A stretch of 40,686 nucleotides of DNA from an uncultured virus (IMG/VR IMGVR_UViG_3300017917_003066). Taxonomy: Duplodnaviria > Heunggongvirae > Uroviricota > Caudoviricetes. Where the stretch lies: the IMG/VR virus record IMGVR_UViG_3300017917_003066; one strand, written 5' to 3'. Every line of letters starts with the position of its first letter. The first letter of the stretch is position 1. Shown here one piece after another: positions 1-7,901 of this stretch. The notes beneath the pieces were generated by a model. It was given only the letters and a program-made list of their open reading frames with translations. It did not search any database and was not told where the DNA came from. A program made the translations under genes and the position numbers.

Positions 1-771
1 CTCTGATATTCTTTCAAGTTCAAAGTCTTCTTTATTTTCGACACCAAAAGAAGAAGCATAGTCTTCTAAACACTTTTTAAAGTATCCACCATATCTGAAA
101 TGATCGGCTCCTTGTATAAAGTCCTGTTCGTTACTCCAGTTCCATCTGATATCTGTTGTGAATACACCTTCAGATATCATTTTATTCAACTCTCTGTCTT
201 TTACATAATTACCATCTATTAATAATAAGTCATATTTATTATTTAGTAATTCTTTTAGTTCTGATATATTATTTGCGATTCCTAAACAATTAGAATTATC
301 AGTTCTTATCTCATCATTTGTTAGTATAATGAACTTATCATTTATTGAACTAAGATAATCTTTATCAAAGATTAAGTTTTTCCAATCACAATGGTCAATA
401 GCTGGTTTGAAAGAAACAAAAAGAGAGTCAGTATCAGCATAAATACTAACTGGCTCATCTTTGCTTATTTGAGTTACATTTTTTATTCCTAAGTTATAGT
501 GTAGTTCATGATCATTATGCCATTGATTGTACCAATAATCTTCGTTAACCTTATCCATTGTTTTTGTAAGGTCTCTTCCTTGTGCTGTGATTGTTCCAGC
601 AACGTGATTATTATATAGAATGAAATATGAGGTCGCAAAGGCACCATATGAGCCGTTAAGAACTAACTTTAACGCAAGTTGAAGAGCGTTATAATAATCT
701 ACTTCTTTTTTAATATCAGAAGCTTGTTTTTTAAGTTGTTCTACCTTTTTTAATTTATCCTCTCTAGTCAT
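1..771 (-). CDS. Family B DNA polymerase, C-terminal (fingers/palm) subunit of a split enzyme; runs off the window edge
   Basis: Not in the ORF track. Manual translation from ATG at 771 is open to position 1 (257 codons): MTREDKLKKVEQLKK...QLALKLVLNGSYG (motif B, 681-643)...TITAQGR...IYADTDSLFV (motif C, 441-424). Confidence 0.9.
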   Translation of the reverse strand, partial: MTREDKLKKVEQLKKQASDIKKEVDYYNALQLALKLVLNGSYGAFATSYFILYNNHVAGTITAQGRDLTKTMDKVNEDYWYNQWHNDHELHYNLGIKNVTQISKDEPVSIYADTDSLFVSFKPAIDHCDWKNLIFDKDYLSSINDKFIILTNDEIRTDNSNCLGIANNISELKELLNNKYDLLLIDGNYVKDRELNKMISEGVFTTDIRWNWSNEQDFIQGADHFRYGGYFKKCLEDYASSFGVENKEDFELERISE

Positions 772-808
772 AGTAGATTTTATATTAAAAAAGAATAATA
801 AAGTTTGT

Positions 809-1336
809 CTATTTTTTATTATTAGACTTAATCATAACTAACCATCTACCACCTTCTAGCTTAGGTAATGATTCTGCTACTCCGAATCCATCTAAGTTAC
901 TAATGTATTTCAGAATAGTTAATTCACCTCTTTCGGGATTGGCTTTTTGTCTTCCTTTTAATTGAAGAACACATTTAATTTTATTACCTTCTTTTAGAAA
1001 TTCAATACTTTTTTTAACTTTTGTATTTAGATCATTATCTGATATTTCGGGACTAAGCTGAATTTCTTTTATTATAGATTTTATTGAGTTTTTCTTTTTC
1101 TCTTTTTCAGCCTTTTCAAAGTTATAAATAAACTTTTTATAATCTTCTATTTTTACAATAGGTGGATTTTGTGACTCATTAATTAGAATTAAGTCTAATC
1201 CTTCTGATTCTGCAATTTTTGAGGCTTCGTATGAACTCATTAATCTAGGTTCATCGTAAAAGCCGATTAGTCTAACTTGTGGAAAGCGAACTTCGCTGTT
1301 AATCTTGTGTTTCTGTCTATTTCTATTAGATTTCAT
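809..1336 (-). CDS. infC: Translation initiation factor IF-3 (phage-encoded)
   Basis: 175 aa with both IF3 domains: KINSEVRFPQVRLIG, EGLDLILI..QNPPIVKIEDY, KEIQLSPEISDNDLNTKVK..EFLKEGNKIK, KGRQ, PKLEGGR. Confidence 0.93.
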   Translation of the reverse strand: MKSNRNRQKHKINSEVRFPQVRLIGFYDEPRLMSSYEASKIAESEGLDLILINESQNPPIVKIEDYKKFIYNFEKAEKEKKKNSIKSIIKEIQLSPEISDNDLNTKVKKSIEFLKEGNKIKCVLQLKGRQKANPERGELTILKYISNLDGFGVAESLPKLEGGRWLVMIKSNNKK

Positions 1337-1377
1337 TTTAAAATTAACTATTGTATAATAGTAGATAAAAAAGTTTA

Positions 1378-1743
1378 TTACTTTATAGAATCTTTCAATA
1401 TTATTTTATTTGATGAATCATTTTTGGCTTTTGAAAAACCAAGAGTGTCTACTTTTGTAGTTTTTGGCTTATACTGTTTTATCGGTTGAACAGTTACAGA
1501 GTCTTTTTTCTCCGTGTAGATTTTTACTATTCTTTGTAAAGAGTCTATTTTTTTATTTTTTAAAATGATCTCGTTGTGATATTGTTTCATCTCAGATAAA
1601 TCATTTTCTATTTGAGTGTGAGATGATTCTGAATTATTATACATATTTACTATAACTGCTAATAGTATAGCAATTATAAGAGACAACCAAGAAACCGCGG
1701 CTCTATTCCTTTTTAAGGATTTTCTATCATTTCTATTTAACAT
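1378..1743 (-). CDS. Single-pass membrane protein with periplasmic coiled coil (possible inner spanin-like protein)
   Basis: Basic N-terminus, hydrophobic WLSLIIAILLAVIV, then a coiled coil with DSL/DSV/DTL/DSI motifs. The function is inference. Confidence 0.5.
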   Translation of the reverse strand: MLNRNDRKSLKRNRAAVSWLSLIIAILLAVIVNMYNNSESSHTQIENDLSEMKQYHNEIILKNKKIDSLQRIVKIYTEKKDSVTVQPIKQYKPKTTKVDTLGFSKAKNDSSNKIILKDSIK

Positions 1744-1763
1744 AGTACAAATATAATAAAAAA

Positions 1764-2543
1764 TTAATCGTCTGAAAAATCTTGCTCAAATGAAAGCATT
1801 AAATTTGAATTTTCATCCTTTACTAACATAAAGTTTTCAAAAATACTGAATTCAATATTTTCCATTTCATTTATACAAGATAAAAACTTCTTATTTAACA
1901 TTAAAGAAGCGTTTCTATCATCATCAAATGATTCTAATTCAAGTTCCCAAGCTGCTTTCTCAGAAAGAACTACTTTACCAGCCACAACACTTATATTGAT
2001 TATTCTATCACTATTAATACTTGATAGTTTTTTTACATCCGAAAATTCAGACTTTTTTATATTGAAGAACCATTTTCTAAATTTTAAATCAAGTCTTTGT
2101 TTAAGAGCACTTTTATTAATATCTCTCATTTCATAATGTTCACCAGCTATCCAATTTACTTTTAATTTTCCACCAACAACTTGTAAGGACCTAGCATCCA
2201 TCACATTATCATCATCTTGAGATTCTTTATATGTTATCTCTAATGTTATTTTTTCTGCACCGTTTATAAAATTCAAATTTTTAACAAACTTCTTAGCATT
2301 TGCGATAATTATATCATAAGAGTGTTCAAGCTCATCACCATAATCTAAATATTCTTTTGTGCTTAAAAGATAATTTTTAAAGGCTAGCATAGTCTGACCA
2401 CTATTCATCATTGAATAGACTAGTATATTTTCACTATCAATTTTCATTTTAATAGTATCATCTATTTTTGTCAGATCATCTAATTTCTCTATAAAGTTTG
2501 AGAACCTATCATTGTTAATCTTGAACTTTACTTTATTTGCCAT
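1764..2543 (-). CDS. Probable DNA sliding clamp (gp45/PCNA fold)
   Basis: 259 aa acidic protein with a twice-repeated strand-helix-strands pattern (KFKINNDRFSNFIEKLDDLTKIDDTIKMKIDSENILVYS / FFNIKKSEFSDVKKLSSINSDRIINISVVAGKVVLS). Lies near polB on the same strand. Confidence 0.6.
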   Translation of the reverse strand: MANKVKFKINNDRFSNFIEKLDDLTKIDDTIKMKIDSENILVYSMMNSGQTMLAFKNYLLSTKEYLDYGDELEHSYDIIIANAKKFVKNLNFINGAEKITLEITYKESQDDDNVMDARSLQVVGGKLKVNWIAGEHYEMRDINKSALKQRLDLKFRKWFFNIKKSEFSDVKKLSSINSDRIINISVVAGKVVLSEKAAWELELESFDDDRNASLMLNKKFLSCINEMENIEFSIFENFMLVKDENSNLMLSFEQDFSDD

Positions 2544-2617
2544 ATTTAAGGTATAATTTACTTACATGATATATTCAAAAATACTTATTTTGTTTATTTG
2601 TTTTTAATATATAAGAT

Positions 2618-3187
2618 ATGATTAAAAATTGGAATCAATTTATTAGAGAGTTTGTAGAAAGTGAAAGCTACATTGATGCAAAAATGCAAGAGCTAAAAGA
2701 TCTTGTTGATGGTGCAACAGAAGGTCAAAATATAATATATGAGTGGGAAAATAAAAATGACCACGAATTGACTGTTAGCTTTTCTTTAGGTGATTTATCT
2801 ATTAAATATGACTTTGATATAGATGATTTACACATAACAAAGACAGCTGGAGATAAAGTTGACTTTCAAACTTCGGTAGAATCTATAGATGAAGGTCTTG
2901 AGATTATTGAAAAAGATATACAGTCTATATTAGGTGTTTCTGAGTCTAGAAAAGGAAGACCTAAATCTCAAAGATACAAAGGTCGTAAGATACCTGGAAA
3001 ATATTTAACTAAGAATCCTAGTAAAATGAAAAAGGAAATAGACACTTTCAGAGGAAAGAATGTTTATAAAAAAGATTGGGATGCTGATTACACAACCGGT
3101 AAAGGCGGTCAGGGTAAAAGAGTTAAGACTAAAAAGTCAGCAGCTACTAAAGCTTATCAACGAATGTTTGGTGATAAAGAAAAATAA
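2618..3187 (+). CDS. Putative virion head protein: acidic N-domain plus basic C-domain resembling the N-half of DUF5824
   Basis: Leader MIKNWNQFIRE; C-terminal KIPGKYL...KTKKSAATKAYQRMFG; upstream TATATA. Confidence 0.55.
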   Translation: MIKNWNQFIREFVESESYIDAKMQELKDLVDGATEGQNIIYEWENKNDHELTVSFSLGDLSIKYDFDIDDLHITKTAGDKVDFQTSVESIDEGLEIIEKDIQSILGVSESRKGRPKSQRYKGRKIPGKYLTKNPSKMKKEIDTFRGKNVYKKDWDADYTTGKGGQGKRVKTKKSAATKAYQRMFGDKEK

Positions 3188-3196
3188 AAAAAATAT

Positions 3197-3613
3197 ATGA
3201 AAAATCTATTAAAATTTGAAGAATTGTTTGAGGACTTTTCACTTTATTTAGAAGGTGAAGATCTTGAATTAGAATATGACCTCACTGAATATGATGAAGA
3301 GTATGATGAAGAGTATGATGAAGAGGATTTACAAGATGATGAAAAATACTATGAAAATAAAAAATCAGGTGTAACTGCTTCATTAAAAAAGAAATCAAAA
3401 GCTTCAGGTATTCCTATGGGTATTTTAAGAAAAGTATTTGCTAAAGGAATGCAAGCTTGGAATGCTGGACACAGACCAGGTGTAGCTCAACACCAATGGG
3501 GAATGGGTAGAGTAAACTCATTTATTACTGGTGCTGGTGGTGCTAGAAAAGCTGATGCTGATTTATGGGCTAAGGCTAAAGCAGCAAAAGCAAGAAAAAA
3601 GAAAAAGAAGTAA
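3197..3613 (+). CDS. DUF5824-like protein (C-half) with acidic propeptide
   Basis: SLKKKSKASGIPMGILRKVFAKGMQAWNAGHRPGVAQHQWGMGRVNSF...ADADL; leader MKNLLKFEELFE followed by a D/E-rich tract. Confidence 0.7.
   Translation: MKNLLKFEELFEDFSLYLEGEDLELEYDLTEYDEEYDEEYDEEDLQDDEKYYENKKSGVTASLKKKSKASGIPMGILRKVFAKGMQAWNAGHRPGVAQHQWGMGRVNSFITGAGGARKADADLWAKAKAAKARKKKKK
3290..3325 (+). repeat. Three tandem copies of 12 bp TATGATGAAGAG (YDEE)
   Basis: Read directly at 3290, 3302, 3314. Confidence 0.9.
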
Positions 3614-4014
3614 TGAAACACTTACAAAAATTTGAAGGATTTATAATTCCAAAATCTGTTCGTAAGTTTCATCCTTGGTGGAAAGACGAAGATATTGCTT
3701 TAGAGATTCTTAAAGATTTGAAAAAACTAAAAGGTAATTCAGAAGATATTGCTAAATTATTAATATCTAAAGAAGGTGGTTGGTATTCATTCACAATAGA
3801 TGGTTTTAATTTCAAAGTTAATTATGGTTTCCATATGTCACCAGGTGGTGGTAGTTATAGTGGTGACATGAAAATGAATGATAAGTATATGAAAGTATCA
3901 TCTGAAGTTTGTAAACAAATTTTTAATTTAGTTGATAGGTTAAAGAATACTGAGAAGATAGAACAAGAAGATGATGATAAAAAAGACTTTAGGATCAATC
4001 GTGGATTGATATAA
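3613..4014 (+). CDS. Hypothetical protein with MKHLQKFE leader (putative head-internal protein)
   Basis: 133 aa ORF coupled (TAATG) to the upstream gene; followed by a terminator. Confidence 0.6.
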   Translation: MKHLQKFEGFIIPKSVRKFHPWWKDEDIALEILKDLKKLKGNSEDIAKLLISKEGGWYSFTIDGFNFKVNYGFHMSPGGGSYSGDMKMNDKYMKVSSEVCKQIFNLVDRLKNTEKIEQEDDDKKDFRINRGLI

Positions 4015-4017
4015 ATA

Positions 4018-4047
4018 AAAAACCCTCTGATTTCTCAGAGGGTTTTT
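4018..4047. terminator. Bidirectional rho-independent terminator
   Basis: AAAAACCCTCTGA-TTTC-TCAGAGGGTTTTT between convergent genes. Confidence 0.9.
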
Positions 4048-4051
4048 AGTT

Positions 4052-5482
4052 TTAAGCCATTTCTTCAATTTGAATTTCAACTTGAGCTCGTTCACGAACT
4101 TCCTCAAACGTCCATTCTTTCATGACTTTACCATTTAAGAATACTTCAACCAATTCGTCTCCATCTTCATCGTGTGAATGTTCAACGGTTTGACCATCTA
4201 CTAATTTCAAACGACCAGCTTTTGACTTTTTGAAAGATTGTACTCTTTCGCCTTTCTCGTTAATCTCAATTGGATTTTTACGAACTTCGGCTTCTTCACC
4301 GTTGATAGTGATAGAAGAACATTTGAAGGCAAATTTTTGAGTATCTCTGTCTACTTTTTGTAGAAGAGCACCACCCATTCCAAATGCGATGTTTTCAATT
4401 GAGAACCCTTCTTCAATCATCATATTACAGATATCTGAGATTGATTCATAATTAACACCATCACCTTGAATTACTCTAACGTGTGGGTCAAGTACCTTGA
4501 ACCCTTTGTCGTTAGTTGTTCCACCAAACTTATTCCATAAAATATGGAAGATTTGTTTTAGCGTTTGTACTGGATCACCTGAGTCAGGACGAATTACTAA
4601 ACGTCCGTCACGAGATAAGATTTTATCTCTTAAAGCTGTTCCCCAATAATCTCTACAAGCACGGATGATATCGAAAGAGTCAGATACACAAGCAACTAAG
4701 CCTGTAGGATAAGAATCTAACATATTTTCCATTGCTTTGACTTCGAATGGTTCGCCCCAAGAAGTCATTGTAGAATGCTCAGAAGCCGGAATTGAGAAAG
4801 CTAGTGGATTCTCAGTATTGTAGAACTCTTGAGCGAACAAGATAGCTGATACAGTGTCAGTTCCCATAAAGTTGATGATATGAGAAGAGCCACCTAAACC
4901 AGATGATTCTACAGAACTTACACCTCGGAAACCGAAATCATGTAACATGAAAGCTACTACACCACTAATTTCTTCTGGGTTGTAAGATGTTGTTTTTTTA
5001 AGATAGTTAATAAGATTTTTCTTAACTTCTCTTGAAAGAGTACCAACTGTAATTGGATACCAAACTTGTAGTAAGATACTTTCTAAGAAGTTAGTTAACC
5101 AAGGAACTTCTGGATCAGTGTTTTCAACTGTAACAAGAACGTTTCCTGTTTTAACCACTGTTCCTTCTGGAACTGCTTTTATGCGAACCGGTAAATATCC
5201 GTTGTGTTTATCTAGAATATGTCTCCAACCAGACTCATTGAATAAGCCAGGTCCTAAGTGAGCATCCCAAAGTTTTTTAGCTTGTTGAATTTTTTCTTCT
5301 GTTACGACTTGACCAGACAAATACTGTTTGATGAAGTATTGTAAACCATAGAACATAGTGTTGTTAAATTTACCACCTCTTGATTCAAGATAAGAGTAAA
5401 CTTTTGTAGATCCTTTCGGATACTGCTTCCAGTGTGTTGCTTTGTAACTGTCGGTCAGTGTTAAAATGTTATTATTATACAT
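4052..5482 (-). CDS. nadV: Nicotinamide phosphoribosyltransferase (NAMPT)
   Basis: TDSYKATHWKQYP, YSYLESRGG, LHDFGFRGVSS, SIPASEHS, VIRPDSGDP, VIQGDG, FGMGGALLQKVDRDTQKFAFK, KKSKAGRL. Confidence 0.97.
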   Translation of the reverse strand: MYNNNILTLTDSYKATHWKQYPKGSTKVYSYLESRGGKFNNTMFYGLQYFIKQYLSGQVVTEEKIQQAKKLWDAHLGPGLFNESGWRHILDKHNGYLPVRIKAVPEGTVVKTGNVLVTVENTDPEVPWLTNFLESILLQVWYPITVGTLSREVKKNLINYLKKTTSYNPEEISGVVAFMLHDFGFRGVSSVESSGLGGSSHIINFMGTDTVSAILFAQEFYNTENPLAFSIPASEHSTMTSWGEPFEVKAMENMLDSYPTGLVACVSDSFDIIRACRDYWGTALRDKILSRDGRLVIRPDSGDPVQTLKQIFHILWNKFGGTTNDKGFKVLDPHVRVIQGDGVNYESISDICNMMIEEGFSIENIAFGMGGALLQKVDRDTQKFAFKCSSITINGEEAEVRKNPIEINEKGERVQSFKKSKAGRLKLVDGQTVEHSHDEDGDELVEVFLNGKVMKEWTFEEVRERAQVEIQIEEMA

Positions 5483-5504
5483 AACTTATAGATTTATTAT
5501 TATA

Positions 5505-5536
5505 CAAATTTACGACTTTTTTATCAATCTATCAAA
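5505..5536 (-). promoter_or_regulatory. Bacteroidota-type primary sigma promoter for nadV
   Basis: Minus strand TTTG (5536-5533)-N20-TAAATTTG (5512-5505), matching the -33/-7 consensus TTTG-N19-21-TAnnTTTG. Confidence 0.7.
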
Positions 5537-6598
5537 ATATTCCACAAATATTTCGTGGTCTACTGATACAGAAATTCTCGATACATTCTTCAACTTTTCT
5601 TCAGTATTTTTGAATGTGAATTTATTCAAAGGAACACTTGAAATTTTAGCTGAAAGTAATTCATCAAATGTTTTATTGATGATAGCAAATGGTCCTGTTG
5701 GAATATCTGTATATTCATCAAATAACAAACCATTATCAGAAAGATATTGAATGTTCTTTGTGATGTGATGTTTTGTTTTCATTCTGTAATTATCAAAAGC
5801 CATCTGACCTTGGTTAGAAGTAAGAAGTTGATTGATAATCTCTTGTGGAACTGTTGAGATAGAGTTATACTTATACAAAGAACGAATCTTCATAGTATCA
5901 TATAATTCTTTATTCTTAGTAGCAATATAACCAATTCTCAATCCTGATAAACCAACTGATTTAGAGAATGAGGAAATAACAATTACGTTGTCTGAATAAA
6001 GTTCATAGATTTTATCAGACATTTCATTGAATAAGTAATAATAAGGTAAGTCTAAGATAAGAGTTTGATTTCTTTCTTTACAAATATCAGCAAATGCTTT
6101 TAAGTCTTCAAACTTAGGAGCATATCCTGTTGGATTTGATGGGTAACATAACATTACAACACCTTCACCAACTTCAGTATTTTTGATATCAAAATCATTA
6201 AATGTTTTGATTTCTTTACCGTGAATAGTAAGAATTTTATTCCAAGAGCCCCAGTGATATTTAGGTACCCAGAATGTTTTATCTGATAGTGAATTAATAA
6301 CAACATCTAATGTAGCCATTCCACCTGGAACGGTCATTACATAATGATTATTAAGATGAAACTTATCTTTTATAGTTTCAATAAGGTTAGCATCACCATC
6401 ATTACCACCATATTGTTGAATTTTCTTTTGATTGAAATCAATGTTTTGAGCAAATGAGTTCAAATCGATTGTTGTAACATCCATGACTCCACGATGAAGT
6501 TTAAGATATTTGTCACCAGTCTCTTTTTCTAGTTTTGCGGCTAATTCACCAATCTCAACGATTGACGAATAAGTTACAGGAGAAGTGTTTACGTTCAT
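5510..6598 (-). CDS. PLP-dependent aminotransferase, class I/II fold
   Basis: YPSNPTG, LILDLPY, SFSKSVGLSGLRIGY (Schiff-base Lys), C-terminal RISVS. Confidence 0.92.
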   Translation of the reverse strand: MNVNTSPVTYSSIVEIGELAAKLEKETGDKYLKLHRGVMDVTTIDLNSFAQNIDFNQKKIQQYGGNDGDANLIETIKDKFHLNNHYVMTVPGGMATLDVVINSLSDKTFWVPKYHWGSWNKILTIHGKEIKTFNDFDIKNTEVGEGVVMLCYPSNPTGYAPKFEDLKAFADICKERNQTLILDLPYYYLFNEMSDKIYELYSDNVIVISSFSKSVGLSGLRIGYIATKNKELYDTMKIRSLYKYNSISTVPQEIINQLLTSNQGQMAFDNYRMKTKHHITKNIQYLSDNGLLFDEYTDIPTGPFAIINKTFDELLSAKISSVPLNKFTFKNTEEKLKNVSRISVSVDHEIFVEYFDRLIKKS

Positions 6599-6604
6599 AT
6601 ATTT

Positions 6605-7504
6605 TTATTTTTTTAAATCTTCTAAAAACATTGTCATTAGAACTTTATGTTCTTTAACAATATCAACTTTTTCTAATTCAGACACATTAAACCATTTTAG
6701 TTCAGAAATATCATCTGATGGTTCTATTCTACCCCAACCTTTAGTTGTTTTGTAAAATATGGTCATTATTTTATCTTCCTCACTTTGATATCTCCAATCA
6801 GGTACTTGAACACTACCAATATATTTTAAATCAGTTATTGACAAGTTTCCACCAGCATCTTCGCTTACTTTTCTACGAGCGGTATGCTCATAACTAGTAT
6901 CTGTTGGTTTAGCAAAACCTCCGATAAATCTCCAAGCATCCTCGTATGGTCTTTTTGCTAAAAGTAGTTTATCATTTTCCATAATAGCAACATCAACACA
7001 TGGGTGTACTTTAGGATATTGATTATAAGATTGATAAATAACACCAGCTCTAAAATCAGTTGAGTCTTTAACCTCAGATGAAACCATCTTTCTAACTTCA
7101 GTACCTGATACAAAAGTATACTGGTCTAACTCTTGACAGTCAAATTGGCCACCACCATTTTTATAGTAAGGAATAAATGAGTCTCTACCACCATACATAA
7201 GAACATCACCAATTGGATAAACTTCTTTAATACGCTTGTCTAACTCATGTGACCATCTTTTATCATCACCAAAGTCCGGTAGAGCAAGAATAACAATTTC
7301 TGGATAATGATGTTGAATCATTTTTTTACGAGATTCAAAATCTAAAGGATTTTTCTTAGTACCAACAACTTTAGGAACGCCAAGAAAAAGAATAACTTTT
7401 TTATGATTTTTAACTACTTGGTCTATTAAGTAGTGATGAGCTTCATGTAGTTCATGAACTTGAAATCTACCAACTAAAGCTCCTATTGTATATGATTTAT
7501 CCAT
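6605..7504 (-). CDS. NMN adenylyltransferase-Nudix fusion (NadM-Nudix/NatV-like) with degenerate Nudix box
   Basis: VGRFQVHELHEAH, KNPLDFESRK, YGGRDSF, VSGTEVRK, DFRAGVIY, then a Nudix fold. Start revised to ATG 7504 because the track's TTG start lies inside the -7 promoter element. Confidence 0.9.
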   Translation of the reverse strand: MDKSYTIGALVGRFQVHELHEAHHYLIDQVVKNHKKVILFLGVPKVVGTKKNPLDFESRKKMIQHHYPEIVILALPDFGDDKRWSHELDKRIKEVYPIGDVLMYGGRDSFIPYYKNGGGQFDCQELDQYTFVSGTEVRKMVSSEVKDSTDFRAGVIYQSYNQYPKVHPCVDVAIMENDKLLLAKRPYEDAWRFIGGFAKPTDTSYEHTARRKVSEDAGGNLSITDLKYIGSVQVPDWRYQSEEDKIMTIFYKTTKGWGRIEPSDDISELKWFNVSELEKVDIVKEHKVLMTMFLEDLKK

Positions 7505-7522
7505 TATAATATAATTAGTATA

Positions 7523-7530
7523 CAAATATA
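7523..7530 (-). promoter_or_regulatory. Bacteroidota -7 promoter element upstream of the NAD cluster
   Basis: TATATTTG (TAnnTTTG) 18 nt upstream of ATG 7504; no clear -33 TTTG. Confidence 0.55.
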
Positions 7531-7537
7531 AGGAAAT

Positions 7538-7864
7538 TTATAACATTTCCTCTAAGGTTTTTCTCATAAAATTTTCAATTTCTCTTAATTTTTTAAGATT
7601 AGTAGTGACATCTAATTGAATTCTGAACTTTTTAACTTCCAATTCTTCATCTTCGGTTATTTCTTTTACATCAAAATTTAATTCTTGTTTTTGTTCAATG
7701 ATTTCTTTAAATCTTTTATCTGTTAATATATTCTCTATAGTTAGAGGACATTTAATTCCATCTTTATCTATGTTATAAACATCATCAACCTCTATAACTT
7801 GGTCTTTCGATAAAACTGTTATGTTGAAAAAAATTACATCTTCTTTTATTAAAAACTTTCTCAT
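7538..7864 (-). CDS. Hypothetical protein
   Basis: 108 aa ORF with genome-typical composition. Confidence 0.6.
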   Translation of the reverse strand: MRKFLIKEDVIFFNITVLSKDQVIEVDDVYNIDKDGIKCPLTIENILTDKRFKEIIEQKQELNFDVKEITEDEELEVKKFRIQLDVTTNLKKLREIENFMRKTLEEML

Positions 7865-7901
7865 ATATTAAAAATGACTTTGAAAAATAATATATACTTA
7901 T

